DNA from: a virus
Strand: one strand, 5' to 3'
DNA: 64,000 bases
Virus record (IMG/VR): IMGVR_UViG_3300032322_002570
Span: 9,856-73,855 of that record
Shown: positions 9,111-17,420 of the stretch, one piece after another
How the letters are laid out: each line of letters begins with the position of its first letter
Position numbering within the stretch: the first letter of the stretch is position 1
Translations under genes and position numbers: made by a program
The notes under the pieces: model-generated
What the model was told of the DNA's origin: nothing
What the model saw: only the letters and a program-made list of their open reading frames with translations
Databases searched by the model: none

Positions 9111-9563
9111 TTAGAAATCTCCGTGGTCCTGTCCAACATCAAAGACGAAAATACCTCGTTCGACCCACATCTCAACCACTCGCTTGCGGTCGTCGAAGGC
9201 CGCAACAATCTCGTACTCCCGTTCGATCTCGTCGGCGATCTCGCCCTTGACGATCCGATCGTCGCGGTGGTCCCCGGCCTGGCGCATCAGCAGTCCATCC
9301 GGGTGGATGCCGTGACGAGCCAGCCACTCCTCGGATTCACCCCGGTACTCTTCACTGCGGCCGGAGACGCAGAGCAGGGCGTAGTCCCGGTCCATGCGGT
9401 CCAGTGCCCTGAACATCGCCACCACGGGCTCATGCGGCTTGTCCAGCGGCAGGCCGGCATGCCAGGCATCCCAGTTCTTGGGCCTACGGGAGACGAAGTG
9501 ACGCCGATGGGCGACGTCACACAGCGTCCCGTCCAGGTCGAAGATGTAGCATTTAGTCTTCAT
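9111..9563 (-). CDS. HAD-family 3'-phosphatase (PseT/Pnkp phosphatase domain)
   Basis: FDLDGTL, SGR, LLMRQAGDHRDDRIVK and FDDR motifs. Confidence 0.9.
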   Translation of the reverse strand: MKTKCYIFDLDGTLCDVAHRRHFVSRRPKNWDAWHAGLPLDKPHEPVVAMFRALDRMDRDYALLCVSGRSEEYRGESEEWLARHGIHPDGLLMRQAGDHRDDRIVKGEIADEIEREYEIVAAFDDRKRVVEMWVERGIFVFDVGQDHGDF

Positions 9564-10030
9564 CGAACCGGTGCGACGTGATCAAAGCCCTCAGTGAGGG
9601 AGGGGTGCTGCCACTTTGAAACCATGTCCTCGAGGACGCCTTCGGGGACCGCTCGATCACCCCTGGCCGCATTGCGCCCCCTCAGGGTGTCGATGTCAGC
9701 CTCGAAATAGAGGCAGATCTTGGTGTAATCGTCCGGGAAGCGGTTGGCCTTCTTGATACGCGTCTCCGGCGTGAGGTTGGTCTGGTCCCAGACCACGCTG
9801 CGGCGAGAGCGCAGCATGAGCTCGATGTCGCGCTTCAGGAACTGAGTGGCGCTCTTGATCTGGCCTGCGAAGATCTCATTGTACGGCCTGTCGGAGATCC
9901 TGGCCGCGAGTTCGATGTAGTGGTCTGTCGATAGCAGTCCTGCGTTTTTGAACGTAGGGTCAGCCAGGATTGCGGCGGCGTGGGTCGATTTTCCGGACCC
10001 CGGCGGCCCGGCCAGCATGATCAGGAACAT
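9560..10030 (-). CDS. P-loop polynucleotide 5'-kinase (AAA_33)
   Basis: GPPGSGKST, STD, WDQTNL and RNAAR motifs. Confidence 0.85.
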   Translation of the reverse strand: MFLIMLAGPPGSGKSTHAAAILADPTFKNAGLLSTDHYIELAARISDRPYNEIFAGQIKSATQFLKRDIELMLRSRRSVVWDQTNLTPETRIKKANRFPDDYTKICLYFEADIDTLRGRNAARGDRAVPEGVLEDMVSKWQHPSLTEGFDHVAPVR

Positions 10031-11223
10031 CCTTCTATGATCCAGTCGTACTTCCGCAGTGTAGCAGATCTGCCGCAGGCCTGCAGGAGCCGCTCACGCA
10101 GGTAGTCGCCGGCCTCGGCCCCGTCCAGCATCGCAAAGAGCAGCGGCTGGATGAGAGGGGCCTTCTTCTTGATGGCTTGAGCCAAGCTCTTGCGCCGCCG
10201 CGCCGGATCCCCCGACTGGTCGGTCTCGCACAGGATCTCGTTCAGGGCACGCAGCGCGTGCATCCGCCAGGAGGCCACACCGCGATCAAGCTTCGCCTGG
10301 TACTGCAGCAGATCGTCGCGGCGGACCTTCGGCAGAAGGGGTAGGATGTCGTCGAGTTGATCCTCCAGGATCGCCTTCGTGTGGGCCCTGCGCGTATGAA
10401 AGCCCGCCAGCACGCTGTGCTTGAACACGTAGTCGTCGGCCTTAACCTTAAGCATCTCACCATTGTCAAACCGAACAACGATGCCCTCTTCGCCTAGACG
10501 TGATCGCACCTCGTTCACGAGTGCGTCTTTACGCGACGGATCAGAAGAGCCGGTCGACCAGACGACAGGGATGCCCCAGCGGTCCGCGACAGACCGCAGT
10601 GTCTGAATCCCGACGTAGTGGCCCGTGGTCTTTTCGCGGATCGCGGTCAACACCATTCGATCAACTGGGTAGTCAATCACGATCGGATCCTGGCGAGAGC
10701 ACCACTCGAAGATCGCCGTCCTGCCCTCGCGGTCGAGCTCGAGCATGAACTCGACGTAGGTGGGCCGACGTGCCAGGAAGACCTCGGCCCGCAGCGCGGT
10801 CTCGCTGATCCCGGACTTTGTGTGCAGCCTGAGGGCCCCGTTGATCACGACCGGGAAGACCATCGATCCGTCCAGTTTCTCCAGGATCGAGTGCCCCAGC
10901 CCCAGGTCCACCACGGAAAGGTCGGTCTCTTCGCGCTCGTTGACGTTGAAGAACTTGTGGTACGGACGGGCGATGAGGCGCCCGGAGTCATCGAAGACCA
11001 GCCCTCGACACTCGCGGCGGATCAGCATGTTGTGCAGCCCGAGACCCTCGTCGTACCCGAAGGTCTCAGGGTGTGCCACCATGTAGCGGATGACCTTGCA
11101 GCCGTCTCGCTCGAAGACGCGGAACTCCTCGCGTCCCTCAATATGAGGCAGTACATCATTGATGTGTTCGATGACCGGGAACGCCTGTTCCGGCGCTGCG
11201 GCGCCAACAACGGGGACTGACAT
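10021..11223 (-). CDS. RNA ligase 1 (T4 Rnl1 family)
   Basis: RECRGLVFD, RPYHKFFN, KLDGS (motif I), FEW, EGIV, LKVKADDY. Confidence 0.92.
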   Translation of the reverse strand: MSVPVVGAAAPEQAFPVIEHINDVLPHIEGREEFRVFERDGCKVIRYMVAHPETFGYDEGLGLHNMLIRRECRGLVFDDSGRLIARPYHKFFNVNEREETDLSVVDLGLGHSILEKLDGSMVFPVVINGALRLHTKSGISETALRAEVFLARRPTYVEFMLELDREGRTAIFEWCSRQDPIVIDYPVDRMVLTAIREKTTGHYVGIQTLRSVADRWGIPVVWSTGSSDPSRKDALVNEVRSRLGEEGIVVRFDNGEMLKVKADDYVFKHSVLAGFHTRRAHTKAILEDQLDDILPLLPKVRRDDLLQYQAKLDRGVASWRMHALRALNEILCETDQSGDPARRRKSLAQAIKKKAPLIQPLLFAMLDGAEAGDYLRERLLQACGRSATLRKYDWIIEGCS

Positions 11224-11606
11224 CAGGCTCCCTCCTCTTGCTCGAAGCGCTGGGAGGCCCAGTCTAAGGCTTTCTGGAGCAGTTCGTCTGTCGTTTCGGC
11301 GTACAGCCAGACGATCTGGCAGAACCCACAGTAACCCCTGCCATCTCGCTTGGTGGCGTACATAAACTGGCCCAGGAATCCGAATTTTTCGTAACTATTG
11401 ATCACGTCGATCGCCTCGTCCGCGTCGTCGAACACGAACTCTTCAAGCCCTAGCGCATCGGGGATGCGGTCGCCGAAGTCCTCGAGATCCTCCTGGAGGT
11501 CGTCAGCGATGATACCATCAGGGGCGCATGTGCCAAGGTGGTAGATCTTCTCCGTCCTCAGCCAGTGGTCTTCGAAGGACTGGCGAAGTTGCTGCTGCTC
11601 GGTCAC
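11223..11606 (-). CDS. hypothetical protein
   Basis: 127-aa ORF coupled to the RNA ligase start. Confidence 0.6.
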   Translation of the reverse strand: MTEQQQLRQSFEDHWLRTEKIYHLGTCAPDGIIADDLQEDLEDFGDRIPDALGLEEFVFDDADEAIDVINSYEKFGFLGQFMYATKRDGRGYCGFCQIVWLYAETTDELLQKALDWASQRFEQEEGA

Positions 11607-11815
11607 GGGTGCTAAATAGGTGTCGGACTTCGGAACCTTAGCACGGGCCTAACGGGATGCCATTCACCACCCTGGAACTACCCGTGCTCCACGACGGGAA
11701 CCCAGACACAGACCAGAGCAAGCGGTTTGCGCCATATCAGTGGCGCACCGTCTCCACCACCTAGCCCGGGTAGTGACATGCTCTGGTCAGGGCAGGAACC
11801 TGTCCGACCCCTGAA

Positions 11816-12052
11816 TCATACCACGCGCGAGCGGTCAGCGAGCTTGCCGTAGAGCGCCTCCAGGAGGTCGTCGACGCTCACCTGGTCCAGGGTGTTGGCC
11901 TGGATGTGCTCCCTGGTGGTCTCCTGGCGCAGGAACTCGAATGAGCCACAGGAGCGCACCGTGAACTCGACCGTGGTGTGCAACGGGATCTGTCGAAAAT
12001 TCCCTCGACCGTAGTCCTCGATGAGGCAGACGTCTTGCGTTACGGTCTGCAT
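11816..12052 (-). CDS. hypothetical protein
   Basis: 78-aa ORF. Confidence 0.5.
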   Translation of the reverse strand: MQTVTQDVCLIEDYGRGNFRQIPLHTTVEFTVRSCGSFEFLRQETTREHIQANTLDQVSVDDLLEALYGKLADRSRVV

Positions 12053-12273
12053 CGAGAGGCTGTCGATGAAGTAGTTAGAACGAGTTGGCGCTCAGCCTCT
12101 GCGAGCAGGACCCTCAGGCGACGAACCTCGCGGATCCGGCCCACCAGGAGCTCCCGGGCGGCCTCCTGCTCTTCGGACTCGACGATCGCCTCGGCAATTT
12201 CCCGCGTCGACGGCGGGGTGCCTGCCTGCACGCTTTCGGCGTCGGGCGCGTCGAAATCAACCTGGCATTCCAT
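12040..12273 (-). CDS. hypothetical protein
   Basis: 77-aa ORF. Confidence 0.45.
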   Translation of the reverse strand: MECQVDFDAPDAESVQAGTPPSTREIAEAIVESEEQEAARELLVGRIREVRRLRVLLAEAERQLVLTTSSTASRCRP

Positions 12274-12309
12274 TCGGGGGACTGGTATCTGCTCCAGTCT
12301 ACCAGGTGC

Positions 12310-12432
12310 TCAGCGAGCGCGGAACTTCGCCTTCATCGCCTTGGCGCGCCGACGGGAGTCCCGCATCGCCTGTGGCCTACGGGTCGGCTTCTGCGGCTTC
12401 TTCGAGTGCTTCTGCCAGTTCGGAACATTCAT
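12310..12432 (-). CDS. small basic cyanophage-type protein (40 aa; missing from the ORF track)
   Basis: Manual translation MNVPNWQKHSKKPQKPTRRPQAMRDSRRRAKAMKAKFRAR*; GGAAGACTG motif upstream. Confidence 0.7.
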   Translation of the reverse strand: MNVPNWQKHSKKPQKPTRRPQAMRDSRRRAKAMKAKFRAR

Positions 12433-12464
12433 GGGTAGGGACCCTCTCGCTTCAGTCTTCCATT

Positions 12465-12755
12465 GTGGCACAGAAGACCGGCTACAAGGCGACCAGAAAG
12501 ACGATCGCCGAGAAGCGTCTGGAACACCGGCGCAAGATCTGGAGAGAGTCGGACCCGCCGTACTACTGGGGCAAAGGCCAGGTCGCGGACCAGGCAGACC
12601 TAAAGGCTGCCCTGGAGCGGCACGCCGGCCTGATCAACCCGTTGGATCGAGGAGACCTGGAAGTTCACGAACGAGTTCAGGACCATCTCGAAGACGATCC
12701 GCCAGGAAGCAGCCTTGATGTAGAACGAGGTCCGGGCGCCAGCGGAATGCCCTGA
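12465..12755 (+). CDS. hypothetical protein
   Basis: GTG start in frame 12306..12755. Confidence 0.45.
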   Translation: MAQKTGYKATRKTIAEKRLEHRRKIWRESDPPYYWGKGQVADQADLKAALERHAGLINPLDRGDLEVHERVQDHLEDDPPGSSLDVERGPGASGMP

Positions 12756-12860
12756 GACCTTATAGATGAACTCCGGAGTGGCCCCGGTCCCTGTCATGGC
12801 GTCGTTCAATGTTCGGTCCTGGTGACGTGAGCCGGTATCCTAAGGCCACCAGGCGCAAAA

Positions 12861-13106
12861 ATGCGATACTCGTTTGCCGGAGTTGAAGATCCAACCCCCG
12901 TCCTCGAGATCTCGAGGCGTCTCGAGCACTGCGGCAGTGTCAGGAAGATCGCCCAGGAGGCCTCTCGCAAGGGGTTGCGGGTGATGTTCGCCAACGGCGC
13001 CTTCACCCAAGACGCGCGCATCGTGACCGCCGACGGGTCGTCAAAGAACTTCACCATCCGGGCCCTGGAAAGGGCCTTGCGGGCGGTCGAGCCCGGCGAC
13101 CTGTAG
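12861..13106 (+). CDS. hypothetical protein
   Basis: 81-aa ORF. Confidence 0.45.
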   Translation: MRYSFAGVEDPTPVLEISRRLEHCGSVRKIAQEASRKGLRVMFANGAFTQDARIVTADGSSKNFTIRALERALRAVEPGDL

Positions 13107-13583
13107 GAGCTCTTCGATCGGCCTGAGAGCCGATTGCGGCACCGCATAGCAGGGGCGGCCCCTCTGGTACGCCTTGATGTACTGCTCCTTCATCGCCTCG
13201 TGACCCGGCAGCCACCCGGGGATGACTGCCCTGCTGTGTTCAACGGTGGCGAGCACATATCGTTTCTCCGGCAGGTCGCGGCGCTGGATCAGCATGTCGT
13301 AGCCATGCTTTGGCCTGGTCTTGACATCGATCAGGCCGGGCAGGTCAGCGGAGCCAGCGACAGGCGACTCATCGATGAACAGCCACTCCTCAAGGCCCAA
13401 TAGCTTTGCCACAGCCACCTCGCCGATGCAGCCGGTGATGTGCATCGCGAGCGCCTTGTTGCCATGGGCAGGCGCGCCGTTGACACCCTTTAATCCCTTG
13501 TCGGTGTTGTAGCCCTGCCGCCTGAGCGCTTCCCTAGTGGCCACCTCCAGGTCCTCGGCGGACAGGAGCACCTCAACTGCCAA
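13041..13583 (-). CDS. PD-(D/E)XK nuclease-like phage protein
   Basis: GCIGEVAVAK...ADL...IDVKTR pattern. Confidence 0.6.
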   Translation of the reverse strand: MAVEVLLSAEDLEVATREALRRQGYNTDKGLKGVNGAPAHGNKALAMHITGCIGEVAVAKLLGLEEWLFIDESPVAGSADLPGLIDVKTRPKHGYDMLIQRRDLPEKRYVLATVEHSRAVIPGWLPGHEAMKEQYIKAYQRGRPCYAVPQSALRPIEELLQVAGLDRPQGPFQGPDGEVL

Positions 13584-13648
13584 GACACAAGAAAGCGGCT
13601 ATCCGATTGTACCGAGCAACCGGACGCCGCTGTTCGCCGCGAATGAAA

Positions 13649-14092
13649 TCAGCGCAGCACTTCGATCTTGACGGGAGCGACTCCGGTGGAAATCATCCCA
13701 ATCCGCCCTGCGGCCCCCTTCGATAGATCAATAGCCCGACCCCCGACGAAGGGGCCTCGGTCATTGACGCGGACGATGACGCTACGACCATTATTGCGAT
13801 TGGTAACCCGCAGCCTGGTTCCGAATGGCAGGTACGGGTGCGCGGCAGTCATGGCGCTGGGGTTGAATCGCTCGCCATTTGCGGTCAGGTTGCCGGCAAA
13901 ACCGGGTCCGTACCATGAGGCGATCGAGGCGATCCTGGGATGGCCTTTGCCGACTTCGGAGGGCAGCCTATCCAGCCAGCGGCCGGCATGAGGGGTGATG
14001 CCGTGGTCGACAAAAGACGACCCGCCCACGGTGGCAGCAACAGCAGGAGAAGATGTTGCGGCCAGTAAGGCGAGTGTAACTAGAGAAAGCAT
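13649..14092 (-). CDS. rlpA: RlpA-like lytic transglycosylase (DPBB domain)
   Basis: ASWYGPGF..TANGE..TAAH..LPFGT..VRVNDRGPF..IDLS; signal peptide. Confidence 0.92.
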   Translation of the reverse strand: MLSLVTLALLAATSSPAVAATVGGSSFVDHGITPHAGRWLDRLPSEVGKGHPRIASIASWYGPGFAGNLTANGERFNPSAMTAAHPYLPFGTRLRVTNRNNGRSVIVRVNDRGPFVGGRAIDLSKGAAGRIGMISTGVAPVKIEVLR

Positions 14093-14371
14093 GAGCTCGT
14101 TTCAGGGGACTTTCACGAGGGCGGATGATGGGGATCGGGCTTTGCAGACCGAACCAGCAACAGGCTCTTGATTGGCGAACCAGGGTGCTTCCGCATGGCG
14201 AGGTCCCACACGCGACTGAGCCTAGAGATCGGCACAATCAGGTGCGAAATTACGCCATCCTCGTGGGTGATCTGGTAGTGGTAGCAAGACTCTTGGAGGC
14301 TTGACGCGGCCTCAATTGAGCAAACTGAACCTGCTGCAGTAGACACCGCGTTACCAAAATCGATCACCTGT

Positions 14372-14887
14372 CTAGAGTACCACCTCAAGCCCACCCAGAT
14401 CAACCTCGAGCGCAGATCCAGTGATCTGAAGCTCGTCCGGGTTCGGAGTGATGTAGACACACGAGGCGACACCTTCGCCCACCGGCACAGAGTTTTCGCC
14501 CAGGCCGATGCGGAACGATGGCGCATCCGGATCCGAGTCGCCGTCCTTGAATACACGCACACCGGGTGGGATTACGCGGTGCATCGCCAGCCTGTCGAGC
14601 AGGCCGTTCAGACGTTCACGGGTGGTGCGACTGGGGCCGCCATTGCCATCGTAGAACGAGGTGAACCCGACCCAGACTGCGCAGGGCTTCCAGTCATCAC
14701 AGACCACTCGCAGGATCGGCTCGTCGAAGATGTCCACACGAAAGATCTGAACGTCACGTGTGATCCGGTAGGTCACCAGGGTCGTTCCACTGGACCGCGA
14801 GCCGGAACCACGGAAGCGACGCAGCAAAAAGAAGTCAAGCAGTTCGCAGGCGAACTCGGTCAGGCGTCGGTTGGAGCGGGTGTTCAT
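14372..14887 (-). CDS. hypothetical protein
   Basis: 171-aa ORF (TTRERLNGLL) after a TGCTACCAT -10-like motif. Confidence 0.6.
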   Translation of the reverse strand: MNTRSNRRLTEFACELLDFFLLRRFRGSGSRSSGTTLVTYRITRDVQIFRVDIFDEPILRVVCDDWKPCAVWVGFTSFYDGNGGPSRTTRERLNGLLDRLAMHRVIPPGVRVFKDGDSDPDAPSFRIGLGENSVPVGEGVASCVYITPNPDELQITGSALEVDLGGLEVVL

Positions 14888-14909
14888 GGGGGATTGCCCT
14901 CTGAAAGGA

Positions 14910-15326
14910 TCATGGTAGCACGGAATCCGGCAGTTCAGGCCATTTACCGCTCGGCTTGCGCGCCGAGACCCACCACCGCTTGACCGCCGGCTCGAGCCTG
15001 ACGTGGTAGATCGTCATGACCTGAAACCACCGGACGCCCCACTGGTCCATCCCCTCCACTGAGTACGACGGCGACCGACTGGCCGCCAGGTCTGGCACAA
15101 AGCGGCGGCCTACGCGGTTCCAACTCGGCTCTTTGCCGCGCCACGAGAGCCGGCAACAGGGCCACGGCAGCTCTTCGCGGTCATAGAGTCGGCAGCAGGG
15201 ACCTAGGACTCTGTAGGCAAAGCCGCCGCCTGGAGATCGGAGCCACTGACCGTCATTGACTGGATGCACCGTTTTTTGGCTTGGGCTTTTTCTTGCCCGG
15301 AGACCGGAGATGCACCATCTTACCAT
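14910..15326 (-). CDS. hypothetical protein (start uncertain)
   Basis: Trp/Cys-rich ORF downstream of portal. Confidence 0.45.
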   Translation of the reverse strand: MVRWCISGLRARKSPSQKTVHPVNDGQWLRSPGGGFAYRVLGPCCRLYDREELPWPCCRLSWRGKEPSWNRVGRRFVPDLAASRSPSYSVEGMDQWGVRWFQVMTIYHVRLEPAVKRWWVSARKPSGKWPELPDSVLP

Positions 15327-15486
15327 TCACGAACGCGAGGCAGTCGTAGATCGCCTCCTCGAACTCGTACAGGGTGTCCATCAGCGCCTCGGCGCTCTCG
15401 AACCGCATCTCCACGATGTCCTGTCCACAGGACTCGCAGAAGTCGACGCCGCGACCCGGCTTGAACTCGATCCGCGCGATGATCAC
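15253..15486 (-). CDS. hypothetical protein
   Basis: 77-aa ORF coupled to the portal stop, contains CxxC. Confidence 0.55.
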   Translation of the reverse strand: MIIARIEFKPGRGVDFCESCGQDIVEMRFESAEALMDTLYEFEEAIYDCLAFVNGKMVHLRSPGKKKPKPKNGASSQ

Positions 15487-16958
15487 GCCTGTTCCTCCTC
15501 GTCGCCGGCCTGAGGGTCGGCTTCAGCGCCGGGTGTAGCAGTTTCCGGCGGGGCCTGGACCTCCTCGTCTGCACGTTCCATCTCTTCGTCGACCTTCAGG
15601 TCGGGATCGAGCACACCGCCACGGATGAGTTCGTCGATCACGGTCCTGCGGCTCAAGACGCCAGACTTATGCAGATTCAGGAGTTGAGCCATGCCTGATG
15701 GGTCGAGCGGCCGGTTGATCAGTGACTCGTTGATGGCAATCCCTGATTCCTGGACGATGGAGTTCATCTCACCGGCGTATTTAGCCCAAAGTACCATCAC
15801 CCTTCGGAATGCAGCGGCCTTGTTCCGCGTCAGGCTCGAGACCTGACTCGAGACCTGGCTTGAGCGGAGTGATGCTTCTGTGGCGGTCTTCGAGTTCGTG
15901 CCGTACAGGAAGTTCAGGCTGGAGCGATCCATCAGGTCCTCCAGGTGAGAGATCTCCTGCTGGTGGCGCTGCAGGCTGCTGCCGGTCGGCTCGGCAAACT
16001 TGAAATCCCCCGTCTCCGGCAGATCAACGCCAGTATTTGAGCCCAGCATCAGGCGGCTTGGCTTGCCAGTCGTCGCGTTGACAGGAGCGCCCTTGCGGAC
16101 CGGCACAGGCATAGCGCACTTGTGCAGGAGCTCTACCAGGTCGGAGCGCATTTGGAAGTGCTGGATCGAGAGCTCCGCCAGGCCACCCATCGGGACACCG
16201 CCCTGCCCGAACCGCGACGTCGCGCTGCCATACCAGACGATCGGCACCTCATCGATCGAGGTCTTGACGGACTGCCCCTTCTTGTTCCGCCAGGTGCCGT
16301 CAACGAACTCAAGACGGTACTCGGTCGTGATACCTGGTTTCATCAGGTAGTAGACCGGTTCGAGGTCCACGCCAAACTGGCCGGCCTTCGGGGGCTTGGC
16401 CTTGATCTGCCGGATCACAGCAAAATCAAGAATCTCTCGACCATCCTTGTACGTGGTCGACCAATTGATCAGGTCCCGGCGCTGGACCTGAATAAGGTAA
16501 GGCGAGCGTCCGTCACGCGACTCATCGCGGTAGTTGTTCGCGCCACTACTGGGGAGCATGTCCACCACAGTGTAAACACCACCGTCGCGAAGGGCAAGTT
16601 CGTCGCCGTGGTTCCAGAAACTGTAGATGCTGGACCCTTGGCGATCAACGTCGAATTCTGCCTGTACCAGACTGGGAGGTGGAAACGCTAACTGGAATCG
16701 CCCCAGAAGCCCCGCGTAACCCCTGATGGCATCTCTGAAGATGGGGGTGTAGGTTGCACGCTCAAGCCTCGGCAGGTACTCGTCCTGGTACTCGCCGGGG
16801 TCTTTCGGCAGGTACTTAGACTTCTCTTTTCCACGGCCGGAGGTGCTCAGTAGGTTCCAGCAGTCGAGGGTGAGCTCAAGCTCCGGCAGGATCTGCCTGA
16901 GTTCGGGTCTATGGTACGAGACTAACCCAGGGTCGTCCTGCGGGTGCTCGATTTTCAT
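15483..16958 (-). CDS. portal protein (DUF4055-type)
   Basis: YLPK..GE...Y..RLERA, LAELSIQHFQMRSD and KTATEA motifs; 491 aa. Confidence 0.85.
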   Translation of the reverse strand: MKIEHPQDDPGLVSYHRPELRQILPELELTLDCWNLLSTSGRGKEKSKYLPKDPGEYQDEYLPRLERATYTPIFRDAIRGYAGLLGRFQLAFPPPSLVQAEFDVDRQGSSIYSFWNHGDELALRDGGVYTVVDMLPSSGANNYRDESRDGRSPYLIQVQRRDLINWSTTYKDGREILDFAVIRQIKAKPPKAGQFGVDLEPVYYLMKPGITTEYRLEFVDGTWRNKKGQSVKTSIDEVPIVWYGSATSRFGQGGVPMGGLAELSIQHFQMRSDLVELLHKCAMPVPVRKGAPVNATTGKPSRLMLGSNTGVDLPETGDFKFAEPTGSSLQRHQQEISHLEDLMDRSSLNFLYGTNSKTATEASLRSSQVSSQVSSLTRNKAAAFRRVMVLWAKYAGEMNSIVQESGIAINESLINRPLDPSGMAQLLNLHKSGVLSRRTVIDELIRGGVLDPDLKVDEEMERADEEVQAPPETATPGAEADPQAGDEEEQA

Positions 16959-16998
16959 CGACTGGCTCTGCGGTCACCTAGTGTTCCGCCGCGCGTCA

Positions 16999-17229
16999 TC
17001 ACTGCGGCGTGCCGCCCTCGACCACCTCCCGATATTGATCTGGCGTCAAATACGCGCCAATGCCCGTCTCTAGTCGCCGAAGCCGAAGTATGTCGTACCA
17101 TAGTTCGTGCTTCAAATCCAGTGCGCCATATCGCGGCAACGCGTTGAACCGCTCGATCGCGTCACGGACCTCCTGGCTGTAGTGATCATGCTTCCCGGGG
17201 CGCGGGGTATGCTTGATGTACTTTTTCAT
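16999..17229 (-). CDS. hypothetical protein
   Basis: 76-aa ORF. Confidence 0.5.
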   Translation of the reverse strand: MKKYIKHTPRPGKHDHYSQEVRDAIERFNALPRYGALDLKHELWYDILRLRRLETGIGAYLTPDQYREVVEGGTPQ

Positions 17230-17401
17230 CGATCAGTACTCTCCAGGTTGTCTCCGTAATCGCATCATCCAGGACGTGAAAACGCCCGCCAGCAACGTAG
17301 ACGTACTGGCCGACGACCTTTTCGACTGGCGCAAGAAAAGCGGGGACCCCTTTTGAGGCCACCCGCATCATGGTTCCAGGTTGTGGACGCCTGTCTTCCA
17401 A
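17186..17401 (-). CDS. hypothetical protein
   Basis: 71-aa ORF. Confidence 0.45.
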   Translation of the reverse strand: MEDRRPQPGTMMRVASKGVPAFLAPVEKVVGQYVYVAGGRFHVLDDAITETTWRVLIDEKVHQAYPAPREA

Positions 17402-17420
17402 CTAGGCAGTGCAGCTACCT

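Noticed and set aside
11978-12718. 246-aa + strand ORF
   Set aside because: Overlaps three more plausible small genes and has low-information Arg/Ser-rich composition
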